Origin: the human T2T-CHM13v2.0 reference genome, Homo sapiens
Assembly (NCBI RefSeq): GCF_009914755.1
Contig: NC_060937.1
Length of the DNA: 64,000 nucleotides
Reading direction: 5' to 3' (one strand)
The notes beneath the pieces are model-generated. The model saw only the letters and a list, made by a program, of their open reading frames with translations. It did no database searches and had not been told where the DNA came from. Shown in pieces: positions 1 through 16,949 of this stretch; positions within the stretch are counted from its first letter, which is position 1; each line of letters starts with the position of its first letter. A program made the translations under genes and the position numbers.

Positions 1-3000
1 ATAAAATATCAAAGTACATCAAATATATATTTTATTCTGTACATAAAATATCAAAGTACACCAAATATATATTCTATAGTGTACATAAAATATCAAAGTA
101 CCCAAACTATACATTATATACTGTACATAAAGTATGAAATTACATCAAATATATATTATATTAGGTACATAAAATATGAAAGTACATCAAGTATAGATTA
201 TATACTGTACATAAAATATCAAAGTACCCCAAATATATATTATATACTGTACATGAAATATCAAAGTTCACAAACTATATATTATATACTGTAAATAAAA
301 TATCAAAGTACCCAAGGTATATATTCTATACTGTACAAAAAATATCAAAGTACCCAAAGCATGTATTATATACTGTACATAAAATATGAAAGTACATCAA
401 ATATATATTTAATTCTGTACATAAAATATCAAAGTACACCAAATATATATTCTATAGTGTACATAAAATATCAAAGTACCCAAACTATACATTATATACT
501 GTACATAAAATATGAAATTACATCAAATATATATTATATTAGGCACATAAAATATGAAAGAATATCAATTATAGATTATATACTGTACATGAAATACCAA
601 AGTACCCCAAATATATATTTTATACTGTACATGCAATATCAAAGTTCACAAACTACATATTATATACTGTACATAAATATCAATGTGCCCAAGGTATATA
701 TTCTATGCTGTACAAAAAATATCAAAGTACCCAAAGCATGTATTATATACTGTACATAAAATATGAAAGTACATCAAATAAATATTTTATTCTGTACATA
801 AAATATCAAAGTACACCAAATACATATTCTATAGTGTACATAAAATATCAAAGTACCCAAACTATACATTATGTACTGTACATAAAATATGAAATTACAT
901 CAAATATATACTATATTATGTACATAAAATATGAAAGTACATCAAATATAGATTATATACTGTACATAAAATACCAAAGTTCCCCAAACAAATATTTTAT
1001 ACTGTACATGCAATATCAAAGTTCACAAACTATATATTATATACTGTACATAAAATATCAAAGTACCCAAGGTATATATTCTATACTCTACAAAAAATAT
1101 CAAAGTACCCAAAGCATGTATTATATACGGTACATAAAATATGAAAGTACATCAAATATATATTTAATTCTGTACATAAAATATCAAAGTACACCAAATA
1201 TATATTCTATACTGTACATAAAATATCAAAATTCACAAACTATACATTATATACTGTACATAAAATATGAAATTACATCAAATATATATTATATTAGGTA
1301 CATAAAATATGAAAGTACATCAAATATAGATTATATACTGTACATAAAATACCAAAGAACCCCAAATATATATTATATACTGTACATGAAATATCAAAGT
1401 TCACAAACTATATATTATATACTGTACATAAAATATCAAAGTACCCAAGGTATATATTCTACACTGTACAAAAAATGTCAAAGTACCCAAAGCATGTATT
1501 ATATACTGTTCATAAAATATGAAAGTACATCAAATATATATTTTATTCTGTACATAAAATATCAAAGTACACCAAATATACATTCTATAGTGTACATAAA
1601 ATATCAAATTACCCAAACTATACATTATATACTGTACATAAAATATGAAATTACATCAAATATATATTATATTAGGTACATAAAATATGAAAGTACATCA
1701 AATATATATTATATACTGTACATAAAGTACCAAATTAACCCAAATACATATTATATACTGTACATGAAATATCAAAGTTCACAAACTATATATTATATAC
1801 TGTACATAAAATATCAAAGTACCCAAGGTATCTATTCTATACTGTACAAAAAATATCAAAGTACCCAAAGCATGTATTATATACTGTACATAAAATATGA
1901 AAGTACATCAAATATATATTTTATTCTGTACATAAAATATCAAAGTACACCAAATATATATTCTATAGTGTACATAAAATATCAAAGTACCCAAACTATA
2001 CATTATATACTGTACATAAAATATGAAATTACATCAAATATATATTACATTAGCTACATAAAATATGAAAGTACATCAAATATAGATTATATACTGTACA
2101 TAAAATATCAAAGTACCCCAAATATATATTATATACTGTACATGAAATATCAAAGTTCACAAACTATATATCGTATACTGTACATAAAATATCAAAGTAC
2201 CCAAGGTATATATTCTATACTGTACAAAAAATATCAAAGTACCCAAAGCATGTATTATATACTGTACATAAAATATGAAAGTACATCAAATATATAATTT
2301 ACTCTGTACATAAAATATCAAAGTACACCAAATATATATTCTATAGTGTACATAAAATATCAAAGTACCCAAACTATACATTATATACTGTACATAAAAT
2401 ATGAAATTACGTCAAATATATATTATATTATGTACATAAAATATGAAAGTACATCAAATATAGATTATATACTGTACATAAAATACCAAAGTACACCAAA
2501 TATATATTTTATACTGTACATGAAATATCAAAGTTCACAAACTATATATTATATACTGTACATAAAATATCAAAGTACCCAAGGTATATATTCTATACTC
2601 TACAAAAAATATCAAAGTACCCAAAGCATGTATTATATACGGTACATAAAATATGAAAGTACATCAAATATATATTTAATTCTGTACATAAAATATCAAA
2701 GTACACCAAATATATATTCTATAGTGTACATAAAATATCAAAGTATCCAAAGTATACATTATATACTGTACATAAAATATGAAATTACATCAAATATATA
2801 TTATATTATGTACATAAAACTTGAAAGTACATCAAATATATATTATATACTGTACATAAAATACCAAAGTACCCCAAATACATATTTTATACCGTACATG
2901 CAATATCAAAGTTCACAAACTATATATTATATACTGTACATAAAATATCAAAGTACCCAAGGTATATATTCTATACTGTACAAAAAATATCAAAGTATCC

Positions 3001-5712
3001 AAAGCATGTATTATATACTGTACATAAAATATGAAAGTACATCAAATATATATTTTATTCTGTACATAAAATATCAAAGTACACCAAATATATATTCTAT
3101 AGTGTACATAAAATATCAAACTACCCAAACTATACATTATATACTGTACATAAAACATGAAATTACATCCAATATATATTATATTAGGTACATAAAATAT
3201 GAAAGTACATCAAATATAAATTATATACTGTACATAAAATACCAAAGTACCCCGAATATATATTATATACTGTACATGAAATATCAAAGTTCACAAACTA
3301 TATATTATATACTGTACATAAAATATCAAAGTACCCAAGGTATATATTCTATACTGTACAAATAATATCAAAGTACCCAAAGCATGTATTATATACTGTA
3401 CATGAAATATGAAAGTACATCAAATATATATTTTTTTCTGTACATAAAATATCAAAGTACACTAAATATATATTCTATAGTGTACATAAAATATCAAAGT
3501 ACCCAAACTATACATTATATACTGTACATAAAATATGAAATTACATCATATATATATTATATTAGGTACATAAAATATGAAAGTACATCAAATATAGATT
3601 ATATACTGTACATAAAATACCAAAGTACCCCAAATACATATTATATACTGTACATGAAATATCAAAGTTCACAAACTATATATTATATACTGTACATAAA
3701 ATATCAAAGTACCCAAGGTATATATTCTATACTGTACAAAAAATATCAAAGTACCCAAAGCAAGTATTATATACTGTACATAAAATATGAAAGTACATCA
3801 AATATATATTTTATTCTGTACATAAAATATCAAAGTACACCAAATATATATTCTATAGTGTACATAAAATATCAAAGTAGCCAAACTATACATTTTAAAC
3901 TGTACATAAAATATGAAATTACATCAAATATACACTATATTATGTACATAAAATATGAAAGTACATCAAATATAGATTATATACTGTACATAAAATACCA
4001 AAGTACCCCAAATATATATTATATACTGTACATGAAATATCAAAGTTCACAAACTATATATTATATACTGTACATAAAATACCAAACTACCCAAGGTATA
4101 TATTCTATACTGTACAAAAAATATCAAAGTACCCAAAGCATGTATTAAATAGTGTATATAAAATATGAAAGTACATCAAATATATATTTAATTCTGTACA
4201 TAATATATCAAAGTAAACCAAATATATATTCTATAGTGTACATAAAATATCAAAGTACCCAAACTATACATTATATACTGTACAGAAAATATGAAATTAC
4301 ATCAAATATATATTATATTATGTACATTAAATATGAAAGTACATCAAATATAGATTATATACTGTACATAAAATACCAAAGAACCCCAAATATATATTAT
4401 ATACTCTACATGAAATATCAAAGTTCACAAACTATATATTATATACTGTACATAAAATATCAAAGTACCCAAGGTATATATTCTATACTGTACAAAAAAT
4501 ATCAAAGTACCCAAAGCATGTATTATATACTGTACATAAAATATGAAAGTACATCAAATATATATTTTGTTCTGTACATAAAATATCAAAGTACACCAAA
4601 TATATATTCTATAGTGTACATTAAATATCAAAGTACCCAAAATATACATTATATACTGTACATAAAATATGAAATTACATCAAATATATATTATATTAGG
4701 TACATAAAATATGAAAGTACATGAAATACATATTATATACTGTACATAAAATACCAAAGTACTCCAAATACATATTATATACTGTACATGAAATATCAAA
4801 GTTCACAAACTATATATTATATACTGTACATAAAAAATCAAAGTACCAAAGGTATATATTCTATACTGTACAACAAATATCAAAGTACCCAAAGCATGTA
4901 TTATATACTGTACATAAAATATGAAAGTACATCAAATATATATTTTATGCTGTACATAAAATATCAAAGTACACCAAATATATATTCTATAGTGTACATA
5001 AAATAGCAAAGTACCCAAACTATACATTATATACTGTACATAAAACATGAAATTACATCAAATATATATTATATTAGGTACATAAAATATGAAAGTACAT
5101 CAAATGTAAATTATATACTGTACATAAAATACCAAAGAACCCCAAATATATGTTATATACTGTACATGAAATATCAAAGTTCACAAACTATATATTATAT
5201 ACTGTACATAAAATATCAAAGTACCCAAGGTATATATTCTATACTGTACAAAAAATATCAAAGTACCCAAAGCATGTATTATATAGTGTATATAAAATAT
5301 GAAAGTACATCAAATATATATTTAATTCTGTACATAAAATATCAAAGTAAACCAAATATATATTCTATAGTGTACATAAAATATCAAAGTACCCAAACTA
5401 TACATTATATACTGTACATAAAATATGAAATTACATCAAATATATATTATATTATGTACATAAAATATGAAAGTACATCAAATATAGATTATATACTGTA
5501 CATAAAATACCAAAGAACCCCCAATATATATTATATACTCTACATGAAATATCAAAGTTCACAAACTATATATTATATACTGTAAATAAAATATCAAAGT
5601 ACCCAAGGTATATATTCTATACTGTACAAAAAATATCAAAGTTCCCAAAGCATGTATTATATACTGTACATAAAATATGAAAGTACATCAAATATATATT
5701 TTATTCTGTACA
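1..5712 (+). repeat. Copy 1 of a >=5.7-kb near-identical direct duplication (offset 24,056 bp)
   Basis: ORFs 361..759 through 5166..5585 recur with identical translations at +24,056 (24417..24815 through 29222..29641). Private variants are shared, e.g. AGGCACATAA...AGAATATCAATT and CAATGTGCCC. The copies diverge at G5713 vs T29769. Confidence 0.93.
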
Positions 5713-8700
5713 GAAAATATCAAAGTACACCAGATATATATTCTATAGTGTACATAAAATATCAAAGTACCCAAACTATACATTATATACTGTACATAAA
5801 ATATGAAATTACATCAAATTTATATTAGGTACATAAAATATGAAAGTACATCAAATATAGATTATATACTGTACATAAAATATCAAAGTACCCCAAATAT
5901 ATATTATATACTCTACATGAAATATCAAAGTTCACAAACTATATATTATATACTGTACATAAAATATCAAAGTACCCAAGGTATATATTCTATACTGTAC
6001 AAAAAATATCAACGTACCCAAAGCATGTATTATATACTCTATATAAAATATGAAAGTACATCACATATATATTTTATTCTGTACATAAAATATCAAAGTA
6101 CACCAGATATATATTCTATAGTGTACATAAAATAACAAAGTACAAAAACTATAAATTATATGCTGTACATAAAATATGAAATTACATCAAATATATATTA
6201 GGTACATAAAATATGAAAGTACATCAAATATAGATTATATACTGTACATAAAATATCAATGTACCCCAAATATATATTTTATACTCTACATGAAATATCA
6301 AAGTTCACAAACCATATATTATATACTGTACATAAAATATTAAAGTACCCAAGGTATAAATTCTATACTGTACAAAAAATATCAAAGTACCCAAAGCATG
6401 TATTATATACTGTACATAAAATATGAAAGTACATCAAATATATATTTTATTCTGTACATAAAATATCAAAGTACACCAGATATATATTCTATAGTGTACA
6501 TAAAATATCAAAGTACCCAAACTATACATTATATACTGTACATAAAATATGAAATTACATCAAATATATATTATATTAGGTACATAAAATATGAAAGCAC
6601 ATCAAATATAGATTATATACTGTACATAAAATACCAAAGTACCCAAAATATATATTTTATACTGTACATCAAATATCAAAGTTCACAAACTATATATTAT
6701 ATACTGTACATAAAATATCAAAGTACCCATGGTATATATTCTACACTGTACAAAAAATATCAAAGTACCCAAAGCATGTATTATATACTGTATATAAAAT
6801 ATGAAAGTACATCACATATATATTTTATTCTGTACATAAAATATCAAAGTACACCAGATATATATTCTATAGTGTACATAAAATAACAAAGTTCAAAAAC
6901 TATAAATTATATGCTGTACATAAAATATGAAATTACATCAAATATATATTAGGTACATAAAATATGAAAGTACATCAAATATAGATTATATACTGTACAT
7001 AAAATATCAATGTACCCCAAATATATATTTTATACTCTACATGAAATATGAAAGTTCACAAACCATATATTATATACTGTACATAAAATATCAAAGTACC
7101 CAAGGTATATATTCTATACTGTACAAAAAATATCAAAGTACACAAAGCATGTATTATATATTTACATAAAATATGAAACTACATCAAATATATATTTTAT
7201 TCTGTACATAAAATATGAAAGTACACCAGATATATATTCTATAGTGTACATAAAATATCAAAGTACCCAAACTATACATTATATACTGTACATAAAATAT
7301 GAAATTACATCAAATATATATTATATTAGGTACATAAAATATGAAAGTACATCAAATATAGATTATATACTGTACATAAAATACCAAAGTACCCCAAATA
7401 TATATTTTATACTGTACATGAAATATCAAAGTTCACACACTATATATTATATACTGTACATAAATTATCAAAGTACCCAAGGTATATATTCTATACTGTA
7501 CAAAAAATATCAAAGTACCCAAAGCATGTATTATATATTGTACATAAAATATGAAAGTACATCAAATATATATTTTATTCTGTTCATAAAATATCAAAGT
7601 ACACCAGATATATATTCTATAGTGTACATAAAATATCAAAGTACCCAAACTATACATTATATACTGTACATAAAATATGAAATTACATCAAATATATATT
7701 ATATTAGGTACCTAAAATATGAAAGTACATCAAATATAGATTATATACTGTACATAAAATATGAAATTACCCCAAATATATATTATATACTCTACATGAA
7801 ATATCAAAGTTCACAAACTATATATTATATACTGTACATAAAATATCAAAGTACCCAAGGTATATATTCTATACTGTACAAAAAATATCAAAGTATCCAA
7901 AGCATGTATTATATACTGTATATAAAATATGAAAGTACATTAAATATATATTTTATTCTGTACATAAAATATCAAAGTACACCAGATATATATTCTATAG
8001 TGTACATAAAATAACAAAGTACGCAAACTATAAATTATATACTGTACATAAAATATGAAATTACATCAAATATATATTAGGTACATAAAATATGAAAGTA
8101 CATCAAATATATATTATATTCTGTACATATAATATCAATGTACCCCAAATATATATTTTATACTCTACATGAAATATCAAAGTTCACAAACCATACATTA
8201 TATACTGTACATAAAATATCAAAGTACCCAAGGTATATATTCTATACTGTACAAAAAATATCAAAGTACCCAAAGCATGTATTAAATACTGTACATAAAA
8301 TATGAAAGTACATCAAATAAATATTTTATTCTGTACATAAAATATCAAAGTACACCAGATATATATTCTATAGTGTACATAAAATATCAAAGTACCCAAA
8401 CTATACATTATATACTGTACATAAAATATGAAATTACATCAAATATATATTATATTAGGTACCTAAAATATGAAAGTACATCAAATATAGATTATATACT
8501 GTACATAAAATATCAAAGTACCCCAAATATATATTATATACTGTACATGAAATATCAAAGTTCACAAACTATATATTATATACTGTACATAAAATATCAA
8601 AGTACCCAAGGTATATATTCTATACTGTACAAAAAATATGAAAGTACCCAAAGCATGTATTATATACTGTATATAAAATATGAAAGTACATTAAATATAT

Positions 8701-11700
8701 ATTTTATTCTGTACATAAAATATCAAAGTACACCAGATATATATTCTATAGTGTACATAAAATAACAAAGTACGCAAACTATAAATTATATACTGTACAT
8801 AAAATATGAAATTACATCAAATATATATTAGGTACATAAAATATGAAAGTACATCAAATATAGATTATATACTGTACATAAAATATCAATGTACCCCAAG
8901 TATATATTTTATACTCTACATGAAATATCAAAGTTCACAAACCATATATTATATACTGTACATAAAATATCAAAGTACCCAAGGTATATATTCTATACTT
9001 TACAAAAAATATCAAAGTACCCAAAGCATGTATTATATACTGTACATAAAATATGAAAGTACATCAAATAAATATTTTATTCTGTACATAAAATATCAAA
9101 GTACACCAGATATATATTCTATAGTGTACATAAAATATCAAAGTACCCAAACTATTGATTATATACTGTACATAAAATATGAAATTACATCAAATATATA
9201 TTATATTAGGTACATAAAATATGAAAGTACATCAAATATAGATTATATACTGTACATGAAATACCAAAGTACCCCAAATATATATTTTATACGGTACATG
9301 AAATATCAAAGTTCACAAACTATATATTATATACTGTATATAAAATATCAAAGTACCCAAGGTATATATTCCATACTGTACAAAAAATATCAAAGTACCC
9401 AAAGCATGTATTATATACTGTACATAAAATATGAAAGTACATCAAATATATATTTTATTCTGTACAGAAAATATGAAAGTACACCAGATATATATTCTAT
9501 AGTGTACATAAAATATCAAAGTACCCAAACTATACATTATATACTGTACATAAAATATGAAATTACATCAAATTTATATTAGGTACATAAAATATGAAAG
9601 TACATCAAATATAGATTATATACTGTACATAAAATATCAAAGTACCCCAAATATATATTATATACTCTACATGAAATATCAAAGTTCACAAACTATATGT
9701 TATATACTGTACATAAAATATCAAAGTACCCAAGGTATATATTCTATACTGTACAAAAAATATCAACGTACCCAAAGCATGTATTATATACTCTATATAA
9801 AATATGAAAGTACATCACATATATATTTTATTCTGTACATAAAATATCAAACTACACCAGATATATATTCTATAGTGTACATAAAATAACAAAATACAAA
9901 AACTATAAATTATATGCTGTACATAAAATATGAAATTACATCAAATATATATTAGGTACATAAAATATGAAAGTACATCAAATATAGATTATATACTGTA
10001 CATAAAATATCAATGTACCCCAAATATATATTTTATACTCTACATGAAATATCAAAGTTCACAAACCATATATTATATACTGTACATAAAATATTAAAGT
10101 ACCCAAGGTATAAATTCTATACTGTACAAAAAATATCAAAGTACCCAAAGCATGTATTATATACTGTACATAAAATATGAAAGTACATCAAATATATATT
10201 TTATTCTGTACATAAAATATCAAAGTACACCAGATATATATTCTATAGTGTACATAAAATATCAAAGTACCCAAACTATACATTATATACTGTACATAAA
10301 ATATGAAATTACATCAAATATATATTATATTAGGTACATAAAATATGAAAGCACATCAAATATAGATTATATACTGTACATAAAATACCAAAGTACCCAA
10401 AATATATATTTTATACTGTACATCAAATATCAAAGTTCACAAACTATATATTATATACTGTACATAAAATATCAAAGTACCCATGGTATATATTCTACAC
10501 TGTACAAAAAATATCAAAGTATACCCAAAGCATGTATTATATACTGTATATAAAATATGAAAGTACATCACATATATATTTTATTCTGTACATAAAATAT
10601 CAAAGTACACCAGATATATATTCTATAGTGTACATAAAATAACAAAGTTCAAAAACTATAAATTATATGCTGTACATAAAATATGAAATTACATCAAATA
10701 TATATTAGGTACATAAAATATGAAAGTACATCAAATATAGATTATATACTGTACATAAAATATCAATGTACCCCAAATATATATTTTATACTCTACATGA
10801 AATATGAAAGTTCACAAACCATATATTATATACTGTACATAAAATATCAAAGTACCCAAGGTATATATTCTATACTGTACAAAAAATATCAAAGTACACA
10901 AAGCATGTATTATATATTTACATAAAATATGAAACTACATCAAATATGTATTTTATTCTGTACATAAAATATGAAAGTACACCAGATATATATTCTATAG
11001 TGTACATAAAATATCAACGTACCCAAACTATACATTATATACTGTACATAAAATATGAAATTACATCAAATATATATTATATTAGGTACATAAAATATGA
11101 AAGCACATTAAATATAGATTATATACTGTACTTAAAATACCAAAGTACACCAAATATATATTTTATACTGTACATCAAATATCAAAGTTCACGAACTATA
11201 TATTATATACTGTACATAAAATATCAAAGTACCAATGGTATATATTCTATACTGTACAAAAAATATCAAAGTACCCAAAGCATGTATTATATACTGTACA
11301 TAAAATATGAAAGTACATCAAATATATATTTTATTCTGTACATAAAATATCAAAGTACACCAGATATATATTCTATAGTGTACATAAAATATCAACGTAC
11401 CCAAACTATACATTATATACTGTACATAAAATATGAAATTAGATCAAATATATATTATATTAGGTACATAAAATATGAAAGTACATCAAATATAGATTAT
11501 ATACTGTACATAAAATATCAAAGTACCCCAAATATATATTATATACTCTACATGAAATATCAAAGTTCACAAACTATATATTATATACTGTACATAAAAT
11601 ATCAAAGTACCCAAGGTATATATTCTATACTGTACAAAAAATATCAAAGTATCCAAAGCATGTATTATATACTGTATATAAAATATGAAAGTACATTAAA

Positions 11701-11990
11701 TATATATTTTATTCTGTACATAAAATATCAAAGTACACCAGATATATATTCTATAGTGTACATAAAATAACAAAGTACGCAAACTATAAATTATATACTG
11801 TACATAAAATATGAAATTACATCAAATATATATTAGGTACATAAAATATGAAAATACATCCAATATAGATTATATACTGTACATAAAATACCAAAGTACC
11901 CCAAATATATATTTTATACTGTACATGAAATATCAAATTCACAAGCTATATATTATATACTGTACATAAAATATCAAAGTACCCTAGGTA
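5713..11990 (+). repeat. Variant subdomain B: ACACCAGATA monomer-9 variant plus 5-bp-deleted monomer 2 (373-bp units); includes a ~1.5-kb duplication at offset 3,754
   Basis: AAATATATATTAGGTAC replaces AAATATATATTATATTAGGTAC at ~5820, 6195, 6945, 8075, 8825, 9575, 9950, 10700 and 11830. ORFs 5803/6398 recur at 9557/10152 (+3,754). CCATGG occurs at 6727 and 10481. Confidence 0.85.
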
Positions 11991-12839
11991 TATATTCTAT
12001 ACTGTACAAAAAATATCAAAGTACCCAAAGCATGTATTATATACTGTACATAAAATATGAAATTACATCAAATATATATTTTATTCTGTACATAAAATAT
12101 CAAAGTAAACCAAATATATATTCTATACTGTACATAAAATATCAAAGTACCCATACTATACATTATATACTGTAAATAAAATATGAAATTACATCAAATA
12201 TATATTATATTAGGTACATAAAATATGAAAGTACATCAAATATATATTATATACTGTACATAAAATACCAAAGTACCCCAAATATATATTTTATACTGTA
12301 CATGAAATATCAAAGTTCACAAACTATATATTATATACTGTACATAAAATATCAAAGTACCCAAGGTATATATTCTATACTGTACAAAAAATATCAAAGT
12401 ACCCAAACATGTATTATATACTGTACATGAAATATGAAAGTACATCAAATATATATTTTATTCTGTACATAAAATATCAAAGTACACCAAATATATATTC
12501 TATACTGTACATAAAATATTAAAGTACCCAAACTATACATTATATACTGTACATAAAATATGAAATTACATCAAATATATATTATATTAGGTACACAAAA
12601 TATGAAAATACATCCAATATAGATTATATACTGTACATAAAATACCAAAGTACCCCAAATGTATATTTTATACTGTACATGAAATATCAAAGTTCACAAG
12701 CTATATATTATATACTGTACATAAAATATCAAAATACTCAAGGTATATATTCTATACTCTACAAAAAATATCAAAGTACCCAGAGCATGTATTATATACT
12801 GTACATAAAATATGAAAGTACATGAAATATATATTTTAT

Positions 12840-15800
12840 TGTGTACAAAAAATATCAAAGTACACCAAATATATATTCTATACTGTACATAAAATATCAA
12901 AGTACCCAAACTATACATTATATACTGTACATAAAATATGAAATTACATCAAATATATATTATATTAGGTACAGAAAATATGAAAGTACATCAAATATAG
13001 ATTATATACTCTACATAAAATATCAAAGTACCCCAAATATATATAATATACTGTACATGAAATATCAAAGTTCACAAACTATATATTATATACTGTACAT
13101 AAAATATGAATGTACCCAAGGTATATATTCTATACTATACAAAAAGTATCAAAGTACCCAAAACATGTATTATATACTGTACATAAAATATGAAAGTGCA
13201 TCAAATATATATTTTATTCTGTACATAAAATATCAAAGTACACCAAATATATATTCTATACTGTACATAAAATATCAAAGTACCCAAACTATACATTATA
13301 TACAGTACATAAAATATGAAATTACATCAAATATATATTAGTTACATAAAATATGAAAGTACATCAAATATAGATTATATCCTGTACATAAAATACCAAA
13401 GTTCCCCAAATAAATATTTTATACTGTACATGAAATATCAAAGTTCACAAACTATATATTATATAATGCACATAAATTATCAAATCACCCAAGGTATATA
13501 TTCTATACTGTACAAAAAATATCAAAGTACCCAAAGCATGTATTATATACTGTACATAAAATATGAAAGTACATCAAATATATATTTTATTCTGTACATA
13601 AAATATCAAAGTACACCAAATATATATTCTATAGTGTACATAAAATATCAAAGTACCCAAACTATACATTATATACTGTACATAAAATATGAAATTACAT
13701 CAAATATATATTATATTAGGTACATAAAATATGAAAGTACATCAAATATAGATTATATACTGTACATAAAATACCAAAGTACCCCAAATATATATATTAT
13801 ATTGTACATGAAATATCAAAGTTCACAAACTATATATTATATACTGTACATAAAATATCAAAGTACCCAAGGTATATATTCTATACTGTACAAAAAATAT
13901 CAAAGTACCCAAAGCATGTATTATATACTGTACATAAAACATGAAAGTACATGAAATATATATTTTATTGTGTACAAAAAATATCAAAGTACACCAAATA
14001 TATATTCTATACTGTACATAAAATATCAAAGTACCCAAACTATACATTATATACTGTACATAATATATGAAATTACATCAAATATATATTAGTTACATAA
14101 AATATGAAAGTACATCAAATATAGATTATATACTGTACATAAAATACCAAAGTACCCCAAATAAATAATTTATACTGTACATGAAATATCAAAGTTCACA
14201 AACTATATATTATATACTGCACATAAAATATCAAATCACCCAAGGTATATATTCTATACTGTACAAAAAATATCAAAGTACCCAAAGCATGTATTATATA
14301 CTGTACATAAAATATGAAAGTACATCAAATATATATTTTATTCTGTACATAAAATATCAAAGTACACCAAATATATATTCTATAGTGTACAAAAAATATC
14401 AAAGTACCCAAACTATACATTATATACTGTACATAAAATATGAAATTACATCAAATATATATTATATTAGGTACATAAAATATGAAAGTACATGAAATAT
14501 ATATTATATACTGTACATAAAATACCAAAGTACCCCAAATATATATATTATATTGTACATGAAATATCAAAGTTCACAAACTATATATTATATACTGTAC
14601 ATAAAATATGAATGTATCCAAGGTATATATTCTATACTATACAAAAAGTATCAAAGTTCCCAAAACATGTATTATATACTGTACATAAAATATGAAAGTG
14701 CATCAAATATATATTTTATTCTGTACATAAAATATCAAAGTACACCAAATATATATTCTATACTGTACAAAAAATATCAAAGCACCCAAACTATACATTA
14801 TGTACTGTACATAAAATATGAAATTACATCAAATATATATTAGTTACATAAAATATGAAAGTACATCAAATATAGATTATATCCTCTACGTAAAATACCA
14901 AAGTACCCCAAATAAATATTTTATACTGTACATGAAATATCAAAGTTCACAAACTATATATTATATACTGCACATAAAGTATCAAATCACCCAAGGTATA
15001 TATTCTATACTATACAAAAAATATCAAAGTACCCAAAGCATGTATTATATACTGTACATAAAATAGGAAAGTACATCAAATATATATTTTATTCTGTACA
15101 TAAAATATCAAAGTACACCAAATATATATTCTATAGTGTACATAAAATATCAAAGTACCCAAACTATACATTATATACTGTACATAAAATATGAAATTAC
15201 ATCAAATATATATTATATTAGGTACAGAAAATATGAAAGTACATCAAATATAGATTATATACTCTACATAAAATATCAAAGTACCCCAAATATATATAAT
15301 ATACTGTACATGAAATATCAAAGTTCACAAACTATATATTATATACTGTACATAAAATATGAGTGTACCCAAGGTATATATTCTATACTATACAAAAAGT
15401 ATCAAAGTACCCAAAACATGTATTATATACTGTACATAAAATATGAAAGTGCATCAAATATATATTTTATTCTGTACATAAAATATCAAAGTACACCAAA
15501 TATATATTCTATACTGTACATAAAATATCAAAGTACCCAAACTATACATTATATACAGTACATAAAATATGAAATTACATCAAATATATATTAGTTAAGT
15601 AAAATATGAAAGTACGTCAAATATAGATTATATACTGTACATAAAATACCAAAGTACCCCAAATATATATATTATATTGTACATGAAATATGAAAGTTCA
15701 CAAACTATATATTATATACTATACATAAAATATCAAAGTACCCAAGGTATATATTCTATACTGTACAAAAATATCAAAGTACCCAAAGCATGTATTATAT

Positions 15801-16400
15801 ACTGTACATAAAATATGAAAGTACATCAAATATATATTTTATTCTGTACATAAAATATCAAAGTACACCAAATATATATTCTATAGTGTACATAAAATAT
15901 CAAAGTACCCAAACTATACATTATATACTGAACATAAACTATGAAATTACATCAAATATATATTATATTAGGTACATAAAATATGAAAGTACATCAAATA
16001 TAGATTATATACTGTACATAAAATACCAAAGTACCCCAAATATAGTTTATACTGTACATGAAATATCAATGTTCACAAACTATATATTATATACTGTACA
16101 TAAAATATCAAAGTAGTCAAGGTATATATTCTATACTGTACAAAAAATATCAAAGTACCCAAAGTATGTATTATATACTGTACATAAAATATGAAAGTAC
16201 ATGAAATATATATTTTATTGTGTACAAACAATATCAAAGTACACCAAATATATATTCTATACTGTACATAAAATATCAAAGTACCCAAACTATACATTAT
16301 ATACTGTACATATAATATGAAATTACATCAAATATATATTAGTTACATAAAATATGAAAGTACATCAAATATAGATTATATACTGTACATAAAATACCAA
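12840..16400 (+). repeat. Variant subdomain C: 751-bp period (378+373) marked by 5-bp-deleted ATTAGTTAC monomer 2
   Basis: ATATATTAGTTA occurs at ~13339, 14090, 14841, 15592 and 16340 (spacing 751, 751, 751, 748). ORF ends 13341, 14843 and 15594 differ by multiples of 751. Confidence 0.85.
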
Positions 16401-16949
16401 AGTACCCCAAATATATATATTATATTGTACATGAAATATCAAAGTTCACAAACTATATATTATATACTGTACATAAAATATCAAAGTACCCAAGGTATAT
16501 ATTCTATACTGTACAAAAAATATCAAAGTACCCAAAGCATGTATTATATACTGTACATAAAATATGAAAGTACATCAAATATATATTTTATTCTGTACAT
16601 AAAATATCAAAGTACACCAAATATATATTGTATACTGTACATAAAATATCAAAGTACCCAAACTATACATTATATACTGTACATAAAATATGAAATTTCA
16701 TCAAATATATATTATGTTATGTACAGAAAATATGAAAATACATCAAATATAGATTATATACTGTACATAAAATACCAAAGTACCCCAAATATGTATTTTA
16801 TACTGTACAAGAAATATCAAAGTTCACAAACTATATATTATATACTGTACAAAAAATATCAAAGTACTCAAGTTATATATTCTATACTGTACAAAAAATA
16901 TCAAAGTACCCAAAGCATGTATTATATACTGTACATAAAATATGAAAGT

